From: a virus
Lineage: Duplodnaviria > Caudoviricetes
IMG/VR virus record: IMGVR_UViG_642918914_000001
Location: 32,001 to 96,000 of that record
DNA length: 64,000 nucleotides
Direction: 5' to 3' (one strand)
A model generated the notes under the pieces. It had not been told where the DNA came from. It searched no databases and saw only the letters and a program-made list of their open reading frames with translations. Both the position numbers and the translations under genes were made by a program. Of this stretch, positions 8,872-18,140 are shown one piece after another (position 1 is the first letter of the stretch; each line of letters opens with the position of its first letter).

Positions 8872-10121
8872 ACGTTGTCAAAGACGAAGACATGCGCGTG
8901 CCGTTGCGCAACTGGGCATCGACCCTCGAACAAGCGGCGCTGGAACAAGCCAAGAACATCACCCGACTGCCCTTCATCCATCCGCACGGCGTCGCGTTGA
9001 TGCCGGACGCGCACGCAGGCATCGGCAGCACGGTAGGATCGGTGATCGCTACGCAAGGTGCCATCATTCCGGCGGCGGTGGGCGTGGACATCGGCTGCGG
9101 CATGGTGGCGGTTCGTACCAGTCTCAAGGCCAGTCAGTTGCCGGACAACCTGCGCGATGTTCGCTTGCAGATCGAACGCGACATCCCGCTGGGTCCTGGT
9201 GGCAAGCACCGTGCTGACTCGTTCGACAAGCTGCGTCAAAGCGTGTGGGCGTACCTGGACCCGACAAGCGACCGCAACAACATCGACGCTCGTGTGCGAT
9301 TGGGCCTGATGTCTGCATTCGTCGACAATCGACGCGGCACGAAGGACCCGCTCGGCGACCTGAGCGCCAAAGCGTGGGAGCAGCTTGGCACGCTGGGTTC
9401 CGGCAACCACTTCATTGAACTGTGCGTGGACCAGTCGCAAGACGTGTGGATCATGCTGCATAGCGGTTCGCGCGGTGTGGGCAACATCATCGGCCGTCAC
9501 TACATCGAGCGTGCGCAGAAGGAGTGCGGCATGTGGCACAGCAGCCTGCCGCACAACGATCTCGCGTTCTTCCCTGAGGACACTCCGGGCTTCAATCACT
9601 ACGTCCTGTCCATGCTGTGGGCGCAGGACTTCGCTCGGCAGAATCGTGCGGTGATGTTGCAGATCGTGATCCAAGCGCTGCGTCGTCATCTGCCGGCCTT
9701 CGAGCTGACGGAAGAGGCGGTGAACTGCCACCACAACTATTGTGAGCAGGAGAACCACTTCGGGCGCAACGTGTGGGTCACGCGCAAGGGTGCGGTTCGT
9801 GCACGTGAAGACGATCTGGGGATCATTCCGGGATCCATGGGTACGAAGTCGTACATCGTCAAGGGCAAGGGCAATCCGCATTCGTACTGCTCGTGCAGTC
9901 ACGGGGCAGGACGCCGTATGTCGCGCACCGAGGCCGTCAAGCGATTCACCGTCGAAGACCTCGTGCAGCAGACGCAGGGTGTTGAATGCCCGAAGACCAA
10001 GGAAGTGCTGGATGAAATCCCGGCCGCGTACAAGGACATCGATCAGGTGATGCTTGACCAAAGCGATCTGGTGGAAGTCGTTCATACGCTGAAGGCCGTT
10101 CTCAACGTGAAAGGATACTGA
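8868..10121 (+). CDS. rtcB: RtcB family 3'-phosphate/5'-OH RNA ligase
   Basis: MPDAHAG, GVDIGCG, LGSGNHF, HSGSRG, HHNY, RKGA, PGSMG, SHGAGR, DEIPAAYK, NVKG. Confidence 0.97.
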   Translation: MNVVKDEDMRVPLRNWASTLEQAALEQAKNITRLPFIHPHGVALMPDAHAGIGSTVGSVIATQGAIIPAAVGVDIGCGMVAVRTSLKASQLPDNLRDVRLQIERDIPLGPGGKHRADSFDKLRQSVWAYLDPTSDRNNIDARVRLGLMSAFVDNRRGTKDPLGDLSAKAWEQLGTLGSGNHFIELCVDQSQDVWIMLHSGSRGVGNIIGRHYIERAQKECGMWHSSLPHNDLAFFPEDTPGFNHYVLSMLWAQDFARQNRAVMLQIVIQALRRHLPAFELTEEAVNCHHNYCEQENHFGRNVWVTRKGAVRAREDDLGIIPGSMGTKSYIVKGKGNPHSYCSCSHGAGRRMSRTEAVKRFTVEDLVQQTQGVECPKTKEVLDEIPAAYKDIDQVMLDQSDLVEVVHTLKAVLNVKGY

Positions 10122-10123
10122 TC

Positions 10124-10387
10124 ATGGATCAAAAGAAACCGGTAGACGAGCGCCTGCGTCAGATTGTTGCTGAGCAGTTCGGCGTGAAGGTGGAACAGGT
10201 GCGCATGGAGTCTGACCTGAGCCAGGAATTCGGCGGCGATAGCCTCGATTGCATCGAAATCGTGATGCAGACCGAGGACGAGTTCCGTATCGAGATTCCG
10301 GACGACGAGGCCAACTCGGTGACCACCGTACAGTCGCTGTACGACCTCACGGTCAAGCATCTGAACAAGAAGGCGGAGGCCCTGTGA
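10124..10387 (+). CDS. acpP: acyl carrier protein
   Basis: Phosphopantetheine site GGDSLD; EDEFRIEIPDDEA..VTTV. Confidence 0.9.
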   Translation: MDQKKPVDERLRQIVAEQFGVKVEQVRMESDLSQEFGGDSLDCIEIVMQTEDEFRIEIPDDEANSVTTVQSLYDLTVKHLNKKAEAL

Positions 10388-10692
10388 AAGCCCTACTGAT
10401 CGGTGGGTTGCTGGCTTGTGGGCTGGCACATGCGGCACCCGACAACGTGTTCGGCGCCGGGGCTTCGTGTTTCGTTCCACTGTCCAGTGACCAAGCTGTT
10501 CGCTACGTGAACGCCGCTCAAGTGCGTTCGGTGTACGTAGAAAACAACAGCACCAAGCTGGTGGTGGTCATGGATTGGGTTGGAACTAGCGTAGTCCAGC
10601 AAGACTACTCGATCCTCTACCCTAGTGCTGCAGAAGCGTGGGCAGGCATGCTCGCCTTTCTGAAGCGCGTGGACTCGTGTGCGAGGCGCTAA
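10384..10692 (+). CDS. exported hypothetical protein
   Basis: GTG after GGAGG; signal peptide ending AHA. Confidence 0.7.
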   Translation: MKALLIGGLLACGLAHAAPDNVFGAGASCFVPLSSDQAVRYVNAAQVRSVYVENNSTKLVVVMDWVGTSVVQQDYSILYPSAAEAWAGMLAFLKRVDSCARR

Positions 10693-10913
10693 TGTCCAAG
10701 GTCATCGTGTACAAGGACATGCGTGTGGGACACGGTGAACTCCACACGCTGCTCACCGAACGAGACAAGGCTGAAGGCAAGAAGCGGCAGGAGATCCAAG
10801 TCCAAATCGACAAGCTGGTGGCGCGACTGGACGCGGACTTCTACAAGCACGTGCCCCGTGACTTCTTTGAGCGCCTTAATCTGCCATGCACAACAGCGAA
10901 CGACGCATCCTAG
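10692..10913 (+). CDS. hypothetical protein
   Basis: TAATG coupling; GAGG RBS. Confidence 0.65.
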   Translation: MSKVIVYKDMRVGHGELHTLLTERDKAEGKKRQEIQVQIDKLVARLDADFYKHVPRDFFERLNLPCTTANDAS

Positions 10914-11533
10914 TCCTGCCGCTGCGCGCCAGCATTCCACGAGGCTTTTCTTGCGATGTGGAGCTGGCGCCCATAAGCCGGGATCCCGTGGGCAGCGCCC
11001 TCAGCCCTTTCTTCCTCGGGCCATGCTCGGCGCCCGACGGCCTTGAGTTCCAGAACATGGAGAACTTGTGGCAGTACAGCAAGGTCTACAAGCATCTTGG
11101 ACATTTGGTGGAAGACGGTCCCCGTCACAATCTACCGAGTGACGAGTATATGCGATGGAGGGCAGACGGCGCAGCACGCACTCGTGCCGATCGCTATCCA
11201 GCAGGTCGTGGCGTGCGTCCCGCCTACTCATACTGGCCGGTCACTCGCTGGGCTCCGCACCTGGACTATGTGGCTGCTCGCAAGACCATCTACATACCGG
11301 AGTACGCGCGACTGGCACGCCACATCGACCTATACAAGGATCTTCGTGCTCAGTACAAGAAGGGAGCGCGCATTGTGCTGCGCGACTTCGATGCGTACTC
11401 GTTGTGGGACACCGACCTCACCTATGTGGACGTGATCGAAAACCCAAAGCGGAAAATGGGCCATGCGTTTGTGCTGGCCATGATGTTGGAGCTCGGAACC
11501 CACTTCTACCGGGGGCTCCTTGTACGTGGCTGA
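10886..11533 (+). CDS. DUF6939/NADAR-like protein (candidate ADP-ribose processing)
   Basis: LSPF...ENLWQYSKVY...LDYVAARKTIYIPEY...IVLRDFD...GHAFVL, resembling DUF6939/NADAR-like consensus recalled from memory. Confidence 0.55.
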   Translation: MHNSERRILVLPLRASIPRGFSCDVELAPISRDPVGSALSPFFLGPCSAPDGLEFQNMENLWQYSKVYKHLGHLVEDGPRHNLPSDEYMRWRADGAARTRADRYPAGRGVRPAYSYWPVTRWAPHLDYVAARKTIYIPEYARLARHIDLYKDLRAQYKKGARIVLRDFDAYSLWDTDLTYVDVIENPKRKMGHAFVLAMMLELGTHFYRGLLVRG

Positions 11534-11908
11534 ATTTCTGTGGTACAGTGCGGTTGTGGGCTATCCCACACCGTTACCATCCCATCGAAAAGGAGCAACA
11601 CCTATCGCAAAGCAAGACCTGCGCATCAACGAGTTCGACGTCGGGGTCGACGAGCTGTTTTCGGGCGCGTGGATCGCCGTCGAGTGGAACGACCGTAGGC
11701 CGCACCGTCTGCCTGTTGAAAAGCGTGGCGCGGCACAATCGCACTTACCGAGGGCCGCGGAACATCGAGGTCTGGGTACGCGATGGGGCGAATGCATGGC
11801 GCATGAGTACCAACATCCAGCACGATTCCATCGTCGCAGTGCTCGGTAGCCTGGAACAACCTGTCCTATGCCGAGGCCGCAAAACGTGCGGCGCCGTACC
11901 TGAAATAA
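11526..11908 (+). pseudogene. hypothetical gene split by apparent frameshifts
   Basis: Best codon bias moves across three frames, near 11710 and near 11845, and ends ...AEAAKRAAPYLK-TAA. Confidence 0.4.
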
Positions 11909-11913
11909 GGGGC

Positions 11914-11947
11914 TGGCGGGGTGTTGTAGATTCGCAACACCCCGCCA
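11914..11947. terminator. 13-bp perfect hairpin (terminator or leader stem)
   Basis: TGGCGGGGTGTTG / CAACACCCCGCCA; a TGGCATAAT extended -10-like sequence follows at 11975-11983. Confidence 0.5.
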
Positions 11948-12032
11948 CGCGGTCCACACGCGGTGCCCGGTTTGTGGCATAATGGTTCACATAGCAGCAC
12001 ACGTTCTACACTCCCATCGAAACGGAGCCAGT

Positions 12033-12226
12033 ATGCAAACCCTCGAACAATTTATCGCGAAGCCGGTATGCGCAACGTGCGCGAAGACCAAGCCGACAAT
12101 TCGTACACGCCAGAAGCTGGCGGGCTGGCCGTCTACGTCAACGGCTTCTACACTGTGTGGGAGTTGGAGGAAAAGCTCCGCTGTCTCAAGGAAGCGAACG
12201 CTCTGTACGCGGAGGCTTCCAAATGA
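12033..12226 (+). CDS. small hypothetical protein, apparent -1 frameshift near 12058
   Basis: GGAG + ATG (MQTLEQFI) joins the EAGMRNV...AEASK frame only after a one-base shift. Confidence 0.45.
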
Positions 12227-12417
12227 AAATCCGCCACATCGACATTGAGCTTGAAGCGTACGAGCTCGACCAGTTCTTCCAGCTCTGCGAGGCAAACGAC
12301 CTGCGTCACGAGCGCCTCTGGGGCGTGGAGCCCCACGCTTGCTATCGCGTGTATGTGCCCCACACCGATTTCGCCCCGCAGGCATTACAGAACGCCCTTG
12401 AAACCCTCTTCGGCTAA
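12223..12417 (+). CDS. hypothetical protein
   Basis: GGAGG RBS; ATGA overlap. Confidence 0.65.
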   Translation: MKIRHIDIELEAYELDQFFQLCEANDLRHERLWGVEPHACYRVYVPHTDFAPQALQNALETLFG

Positions 12418-12427
12418 GGAGCCCATC

Positions 12428-12550
12428 ATGCGCTACACACAACGCCCCTACATCATGCGCGAGTACAATCGCCCCATCGACTACATCGTCACGTGGGCCA
12501 TCTTCGGGATCGCGGCCGGTCTGCTGACGTTCTACTACCTCGCCAAGTAA
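12428..12550 (+). CDS. small membrane protein
   Basis: AAGGAG RBS; single TM helix. Confidence 0.6.
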   Translation: MRYTQRPYIMREYNRPIDYIVTWAIFGIAAGLLTFYYLAK

Positions 12551-12554
12551 GATC

Positions 12555-12764
12555 ATGGACCACCAGATCTTGCTGCTCGTCGCGGCGGTCGTCGGCGCAG
12601 GTCTTGCGTTTCGCGTGCTCGGCGCCATCGTCAAGACTGCGGTCGTCCTCGGCCTTCTGCTGTGCATCATCACAGCGCTCAACCCAGTGTGGGGCCAAAT
12701 GGCAGTGGACCTCACGCACTCAGCACTCCAACTGGTCGTCGATCGCATCCAGCGCGTCGTCTGA
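12555..12764 (+). CDS. small membrane protein
   Basis: Two hydrophobic helices. Confidence 0.65.
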   Translation: MDHQILLLVAAVVGAGLAFRVLGAIVKTAVVLGLLLCIITALNPVWGQMAVDLTHSALQLVVDRIQRVV

Positions 12765-12781
12765 ACGGTTCCAGTTCCGCA

Positions 12782-12817
12782 TCAAGGGTCTACCCGGTAA
12801 ATAGGGTAGACCCTTGA
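12782..12817 (+). promoter_or_regulatory. 14-bp perfect inverted repeat with GTAAATA motif in the loop
   Basis: TCAAGGGTCTACCC-GGTAAATA-GGGTAGACCCTTGA, just upstream of the AAA+ gene. Confidence 0.6.
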
Positions 12818-12836
12818 CCGTTTCACAAACACCAAC

Positions 12837-14096
12837 ATGCAGACTCTAATCCCAAAGAAGAAGCTGGACTTCTGGATCAAGAACGACGTCAACGTGCTGC
12901 TCAGTGGCAAGCACGGCATCGGCAAGACGCACATCGTTATGGATGTTGCGCGCCGTCACGGCCTGAAGCTCCAGTACTACTCGTGTGCAACGATGGACCC
13001 GTGGGTCGACTTCATCGGTGTGCCACGCACGCGCAGCGGAACGCTGGCCAGCGGCAAGAAGTACCAGTATCTCGACCTGATCCGTCCCAAGGTGTGGGCC
13101 ACCGACCAAGTCGAGATGCTGTTCCTAGACGAGATGACCCGTGCAGACCCCAAGGTGCAGAATGCCATCCTGGAGCTCACGCAGTTCAAGTCCATCAACG
13201 GGAAGAAGTTCAAGAACCTGCGCTGCGTGTGGGCCGCTATCAACCCAGCTCCCGAGGACACCGGCGACGTCGCCTATCACGTGGAACCGCTGGATCCGGC
13301 CCTGGAGTCGCGGTTCCAGGTGCGCATTCAACTGCCGTTCGAACCAGCGCTCGACTACATGACTCGCAAGTTCGGTGCGCAGATCGGCGCGGCTGCGTGT
13401 GCGTGGTGGGAGCAATTGCCGGAGAAGGCGAAGAACGCATTCCCGCCCCGGTCCATGGACTATGCAATCACCTACGTGAAGAAGGGTGGTGCGGCAGAAG
13501 ATGTGATCCCGTCGGCAGTCAGCCGGGGTGGATTCATGGACATGCTGAACAACGCGGCGGCTGCTCAGGCGTCTGGTGTGTCGCCGTCTGCAGTGGTGTT
13601 GGCCACCACTGGCAAGGGGCCGCTGGATCGAGCGCTGCTTGTCACGCTGCGCAACACGAACAGCGTGGTGACGGCCTTCAACGCTGTGACCGCGTTGCGT
13701 GCGGCCTCCGACGAGGAGATCAGCACCCTGATCCGTTCCACGTTGGAGCTACCTCCGGTTCGCGTCAACAACCTGCTGCTGGCGTTGGGCGCGTCACTCG
13801 AATCGCATCGCACGAACAAGCTGTTCGGCTACATGCAGAAGTCGATGCAGGCACAGAACAAACCGGCGAAGTCCCCATTCAAGAAGCCAGCGGTGAAGGC
13901 CATGAAGCAAGGCGTAGATCACGCCGATCGCTGGTCTATGTTCGTTGGCAAGCTCAAGGCTATGAACGGATACTTCGATCCGGACACCGGTGATCTGAGC
14001 GGCATCCAATGGGATCAGCGTAAGCCCAGTACCAACATTCCGGGCACCGCTCAGAACATTCTCAATTCAGCACCGAAGGCTGCGGCCACGCCATGA
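12837..14096 (+). CDS. MoxR/AAA_5-type AAA+ ATPase
   Basis: Walker A GKHGIGKT, Walker B LFLDE, sensor AAINP, Arg finger LDPALESRF. Confidence 0.9.
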   Translation: MQTLIPKKKLDFWIKNDVNVLLSGKHGIGKTHIVMDVARRHGLKLQYYSCATMDPWVDFIGVPRTRSGTLASGKKYQYLDLIRPKVWATDQVEMLFLDEMTRADPKVQNAILELTQFKSINGKKFKNLRCVWAAINPAPEDTGDVAYHVEPLDPALESRFQVRIQLPFEPALDYMTRKFGAQIGAAACAWWEQLPEKAKNAFPPRSMDYAITYVKKGGAAEDVIPSAVSRGGFMDMLNNAAAAQASGVSPSAVVLATTGKGPLDRALLVTLRNTNSVVTAFNAVTALRAASDEEISTLIRSTLELPPVRVNNLLLALGASLESHRTNKLFGYMQKSMQAQNKPAKSPFKKPAVKAMKQGVDHADRWSMFVGKLKAMNGYFDPDTGDLSGIQWDQRKPSTNIPGTAQNILNSAPKAAATP

Positions 14097-15805
14097 AGAA
14101 ATCGACCCAAGACCGTGTGAAGAGCACAGCAGAGTATCAGAAAGAGTTCCAAGAGCTAGTGAAGGCCGTCCGCAACGTGTCGGTCCCGCACTTCTATCTG
14201 CTGGATGATTCGTGCGCGGCCTTCACCGAGAAGGGGCTGGCCTATGTAACTGGGTCGTACACTGCCCTCCAGTTCGTGTGGAACAAGAAGTACTGGGACG
14301 CGATGAACTTGGAGGAGCGGATCTTTGACCTCCTGCACATGTGCCAGCATCTGCTGTCGGGTCACTACGAGCGCATGAAACCGTGGCTCAGTGGGCCAAC
14401 GAAAGACGCAGCCGAGCTGGCGATGGAGCTCGCGGCCAATCACACAGTGCTGCGCAACTTCGCGCTGGATCCCAAACGCATGCCGCTGCTCGGTTCGCGT
14501 ATGGCAACGGTGCACAACACGTTGCCGGAGTTGGAGCTGAGTGACTCGCTGTCGTTGGAGGAGTACTTCTTCCTGCTGAACCAAGCGCAGTCCAACGCGC
14601 AGGCGTGCGGCGGTCAGAGTGAAGAGTCCGACGAGGACGAAGAAAGCACACCGGTTGACGGCCAGGCCCAAGGCAAAGGGCAGAAGGCAAAGGGCGATAC
14701 GCCCAAGGGCAGCAAGAAACAGGAGAACGACGATGAGTCGGAGGACGAGGACGGTGAGGAAGATGGTGATGGGCAGTCGTCTGGTTCGGAACAGTCTGAC
14801 GACAGCGACGAAGATGGCGAGCAGCACGAACAGCCAGACGCTGGGGACGGACAGTCTGACGACGATCCCGATCCTGATGAAGGTACCGAGGACCGCGGGG
14901 AACAGCAGGATGAGCGCGAGGAAGGCGAGGACGCATCTGCTGATGCACCGCCTCCGCCCAAGCCCCTCGACAGCCATGGCAAGTCGGGTGTAAGCCCAGA
15001 GCTGTTGAACAATCTGCTGGCTCACGTTAAGGGTCAGCTTGAGTACCGCGAAGACCAGATGGATGGGGAAGCGGACGAGGCAATGGCCAAGGCGTTTGGG
15101 CGTACGGCGGGCACTGGTGACCATGAGGCGGAGCCCATGGAAAAGACGCCCGTGGACATCGATGCGCAACGCGAATGGCGTAAGTTCGCGTATCGCCTCG
15201 AACGCAGTCTCCGCAAGAAGGAAGGAGCAACTAGCTGGCTGCCGAACAAGCGGTACGTGGCACTGGGTTTGGAAGAGGCGGGTCTGTGTATGCCTGCGTA
15301 CACTGCGCCACGCAAATCGCACGTGAAGGCCGTCGTGTTTCTGGACACCTCCGCGTCGTGCGACTGGATGCGGACCCCGTTCTTCACGATCCTCACTTCC
15401 ATTCCGAAGGAAATCTTCGAGGTCGCGACCTACACCTTCACCACGAAGGTGCACCCCTTCAATCCAAAGGCGCCACGGTTCCATCGCGGCGGAACATCGT
15501 TCAACGGTTTCGAGAAGGTGTTCGACGCTGAAGTGGCGAAGGACCGCACACGGAACGTGAAGCACTACGCGTTCGTCATTACGGATGGGGAGGTGTGTCA
15601 AATCTTCTCGCCGAAGAATCCGGCGGACTGGTGGTTTATCATGCTGCGCCCCGATTCGTTAGCCGGACGTCTTGGCTATACGCATCACGACTCCAAGTCC
15701 ACAACCAAGTGGTTGAACCCCAAGGTCAACGTGATGGACCTGCATCCGTTCCTCAACCCAAAGATGCAAGCAGAACTCGCCAGAGGAGTAGACATAGAAT
15801 GGTAG
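14093..15805 (+). CDS. VWA-domain protein with metallopeptidase-like N-domain (DUF2201-like), MoxR partner
   Basis: MIDAS-like FLDTSAS, GGTSF, VITDGE; LLHMCQH; long acidic linker. Confidence 0.8.
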   Translation: MKKSTQDRVKSTAEYQKEFQELVKAVRNVSVPHFYLLDDSCAAFTEKGLAYVTGSYTALQFVWNKKYWDAMNLEERIFDLLHMCQHLLSGHYERMKPWLSGPTKDAAELAMELAANHTVLRNFALDPKRMPLLGSRMATVHNTLPELELSDSLSLEEYFFLLNQAQSNAQACGGQSEESDEDEESTPVDGQAQGKGQKAKGDTPKGSKKQENDDESEDEDGEEDGDGQSSGSEQSDDSDEDGEQHEQPDAGDGQSDDDPDPDEGTEDRGEQQDEREEGEDASADAPPPPKPLDSHGKSGVSPELLNNLLAHVKGQLEYREDQMDGEADEAMAKAFGRTAGTGDHEAEPMEKTPVDIDAQREWRKFAYRLERSLRKKEGATSWLPNKRYVALGLEEAGLCMPAYTAPRKSHVKAVVFLDTSASCDWMRTPFFTILTSIPKEIFEVATYTFTTKVHPFNPKAPRFHRGGTSFNGFEKVFDAEVAKDRTRNVKHYAFVITDGEVCQIFSPKNPADWWFIMLRPDSLAGRLGYTHHDSKSTTKWLNPKVNVMDLHPFLNPKMQAELARGVDIEW

Positions 15806-16125
15806 AACGTGAGTGGCTGGTGGCAACCCTCAAGCAGGACTTCCTCCGGCTGAAGCAAGGTACTACGGTTGTCATCTGTCAGTCGGCTATCGTACACGCA
15901 GACGTACGGCAGACTTGGTGGATGCTTGAACCCTACAGTCGTACAGCGTATCAGGTGAGCGAGCAGTTCTTCGGCCGTCGGCTGCTTGCCCTATGTCGTG
16001 TGGAGCGCGTATCGCGCAACCCCGAGCAGTGCACACAACGGCTGAAAGAATGCCTGAAGGGCACACCCTTCGATCCCAAGAACGCGTCGCACATCGCTGC
16101 GCTTCGCGCACGTAGCAAGGCGTGA
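15799..16125 (+). CDS. hypothetical protein
   Basis: GAGGAG RBS upstream of ATG 15799. Confidence 0.6.
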   Translation: MVEREWLVATLKQDFLRLKQGTTVVICQSAIVHADVRQTWWMLEPYSRTAYQVSEQFFGRRLLALCRVERVSRNPEQCTQRLKECLKGTPFDPKNASHIAALRARSKA

Positions 16126-16157
16126 TCAAAGGGGGAGCCCTAATCTAAGGAGTAGTT

Positions 16158-16589
16158 ATGACTACAGACAAAGTATTGCGGAGCTTGAAGTCACTGGAAG
16201 ATCCGTACGCGAAGGTGTTGCTGGTGGATAGCGATGGGCGGGCAGCAACTGTAGACGCTGCCGCGCTCAATGGACGTCTGCCGTCTTGTTCTGGGGCAAT
16301 GGTGTTGGGCACCAACATCGTCCTCCGGGCGCTGCCGAAGAACGCGGACTTCCCAACGGGGCCACTACCCGAGGCGCGTCCCATCTACGCGCAGACCAAG
16401 TATGCAGTCCAGGAGTTCTCGGAGCACGACGCGCTGATCTGGAAGATTGGCTTCCAGGCTGACAACGGTTTCTGTGTTCCAGACCGCAACGTTCTGCGCC
16501 AAGGCTACACACTGCTTCCGCAGTGGGATGCCGAAGCCAAGATCCTCATTCAAACGGAGGCACGAGTATGGCCACACGCATCGAAGTAA
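16158..16589 (+). CDS. hypothetical protein
   Basis: AAGGAG RBS. Confidence 0.7.
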   Translation: MTTDKVLRSLKSLEDPYAKVLLVDSDGRAATVDAAALNGRLPSCSGAMVLGTNIVLRALPKNADFPTGPLPEARPIYAQTKYAVQEFSEHDALIWKIGFQADNGFCVPDRNVLRQGYTLLPQWDAEAKILIQTEARVWPHASK

Positions 16590-16903
16590 GCGATCACAAA
16601 TCCATCCGCATCGAAGCTGTCGAGATGCGAGGCCAGCAGTATATCTCACTGCGCCAGATGTACAGCACAAAGCGCGATCCCACGTGGAAGCCCGGCCGAC
16701 AAGGCATGATGTTGGAAGTCGGTGAGCAGAAAGCGAACATCGCGGGTCGTGTGTCGCGCGTCATCACCAAGCTGCTGGAAGATCCGGACACAGTGTTCCG
16801 CGTGTTGGACCCCGGCACAGGCGACGAGCAGCAAGAAGAGAAACCGGTCAGTGGTAAAAAGAAGGTGGGCAGCAAATCCGTCAAACGCAAAACGAAGGAG
16901 TAG
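16568..16903 (+). CDS. PC4/p15-like ssDNA-binding protein
   Basis: YISLRQMY...WKPGRQGMML matches the PC4 signature; basic tail. Confidence 0.7.
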   Translation: MATRIEVSDHKSIRIEAVEMRGQQYISLRQMYSTKRDPTWKPGRQGMMLEVGEQKANIAGRVSRVITKLLEDPDTVFRVLDPGTGDEQQEEKPVSGKKKVGSKSVKRKTKE

Positions 16904-16906
16904 ACA

Positions 16907-17686
16907 ATGGATCAACTGGAAGTAGTGAAGGAGCGCGTACTGCGTCGCGCGAACATCGCCAAGTGGGGTCTTGGCTTGGTCGGTGTGCTGTTGGTGGCGC
17001 CCGTCATCTGGATGCTGGCCTATGCAGTGTTGGGCGCCGCCGCGCTGGGCGCAAGTTTGGCGGTGGCTGGTGTCGTTGGTCTGACCATCGTCAACATGGC
17101 GCCGGTCGTCACAATGAAGCTGGCCAACGCCAAGATCAAAGCCATAATGGCTGAAGCAGCGCGCAATCCCATCCCCACCCTGTGGAATGAGTGGGAGAAG
17201 GACGGCGAGGAGCTGCGTGAGTTCGAGAAGGCGATCGCTGACTACGCAACCGAGATCGAGAACGTGCAGTCCAAGGCCAAGAAGCTGACCGTTGATCTCA
17301 AGCCCGAAGACCTCCAGCAGTTCCAGGACGACATCGACGCTATGCGCCAGGATCTGGCGTTGCAGCAGGGGGACTTGGATCAGGCGCGCCAAGAACACGA
17401 GCAGTTCCGTCTCGAAGTGAAGCGTGCATCCGCCATCTGGGACCTGAACATGGCAGTGTCCAAGGCCAACGCCAAGAACTTGAATCGCGCCGAAGAAACG
17501 ATGGCACGGATCAAGAAGGAAACGGCGCTGGACACGGTGACCGCCAGCATGAACCGCAGCAAGGCTCAGTTGCGCGAGCGCATTCGTAGCCGTACTACGG
17601 TCAACGGTATGGCGCAGATCGGTAACGAACCGTCGGCCAGTCTGCCGCTGCCCACCTCGTCCACGTACACCAAGGTCCGGGCCTGA
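16907..17686 (+). CDS. membrane-anchored coiled-coil protein (PspA/IM30-like architecture)
   Basis: Two N-terminal TM helices followed by a long heptad region. Confidence 0.75.
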   Translation: MDQLEVVKERVLRRANIAKWGLGLVGVLLVAPVIWMLAYAVLGAAALGASLAVAGVVGLTIVNMAPVVTMKLANAKIKAIMAEAARNPIPTLWNEWEKDGEELREFEKAIADYATEIENVQSKAKKLTVDLKPEDLQQFQDDIDAMRQDLALQQGDLDQARQEHEQFRLEVKRASAIWDLNMAVSKANAKNLNRAEETMARIKKETALDTVTASMNRSKAQLRERIRSRTTVNGMAQIGNEPSASLPLPTSSTYTKVRA

Positions 17687-17688
17687 TC

Positions 17689-17844
17689 ATGCCACTGCCA
17701 AGTCATCACGATGATCCACCCAAGTGGTACGAGCGCGTGATCCTGATTGGTGCCGCCGTCCTCTTGATTGGCGGCTTTCTGCACACGGCCACGGTCAATG
17801 GAACTCCGGTGATCCAGGCCATCGTAGGGGCTATGAAGCTATGA
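17689..17844 (+). CDS. small membrane protein (51 aa, not in ORF track)
   Basis: MPLPSHH...VILIGAAVLLIGGFL...; fills the gap and is ATGA-coupled. Confidence 0.55.
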   Translation: MPLPSHHDDPPKWYERVILIGAAVLLIGGFLHTATVNGTPVIQAIVGAMKL

Positions 17845-18140
17845 ATCGGCGTCAGCGTGTGATTCCAGAAAGCGTGGAGCAGGCGTTGCTCATCGCTTTC
17901 CTGGCAGTGGTAGCGATCGCAGCGATCGTGTTGGCTGGTGTCGCCGCCTACAACTGGCATCAGAAGAAGGTGTACCTGACGACGCATGAATGTCTGCAGA
18001 TCTCCGAGATGAAGACGGGGCGTACACTAGGCTGCGGTAAGGGCTGTGTCCGCGACGAGCTTGTGCACCTCTACGAATGCCGAGACGGTACGATGCTGGA
18101 TCTGGACGGCGTCATGTTTACCAAGCGAGAATCGAAATGA
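17841..18140 (+). CDS. membrane protein with Cys-rich domain
   Basis: TM helix; CGKGC. Confidence 0.65.
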   Translation: MNRRQRVIPESVEQALLIAFLAVVAIAAIVLAGVAAYNWHQKKVYLTTHECLQISEMKTGRTLGCGKGCVRDELVHLYECRDGTMLDLDGVMFTKRESK

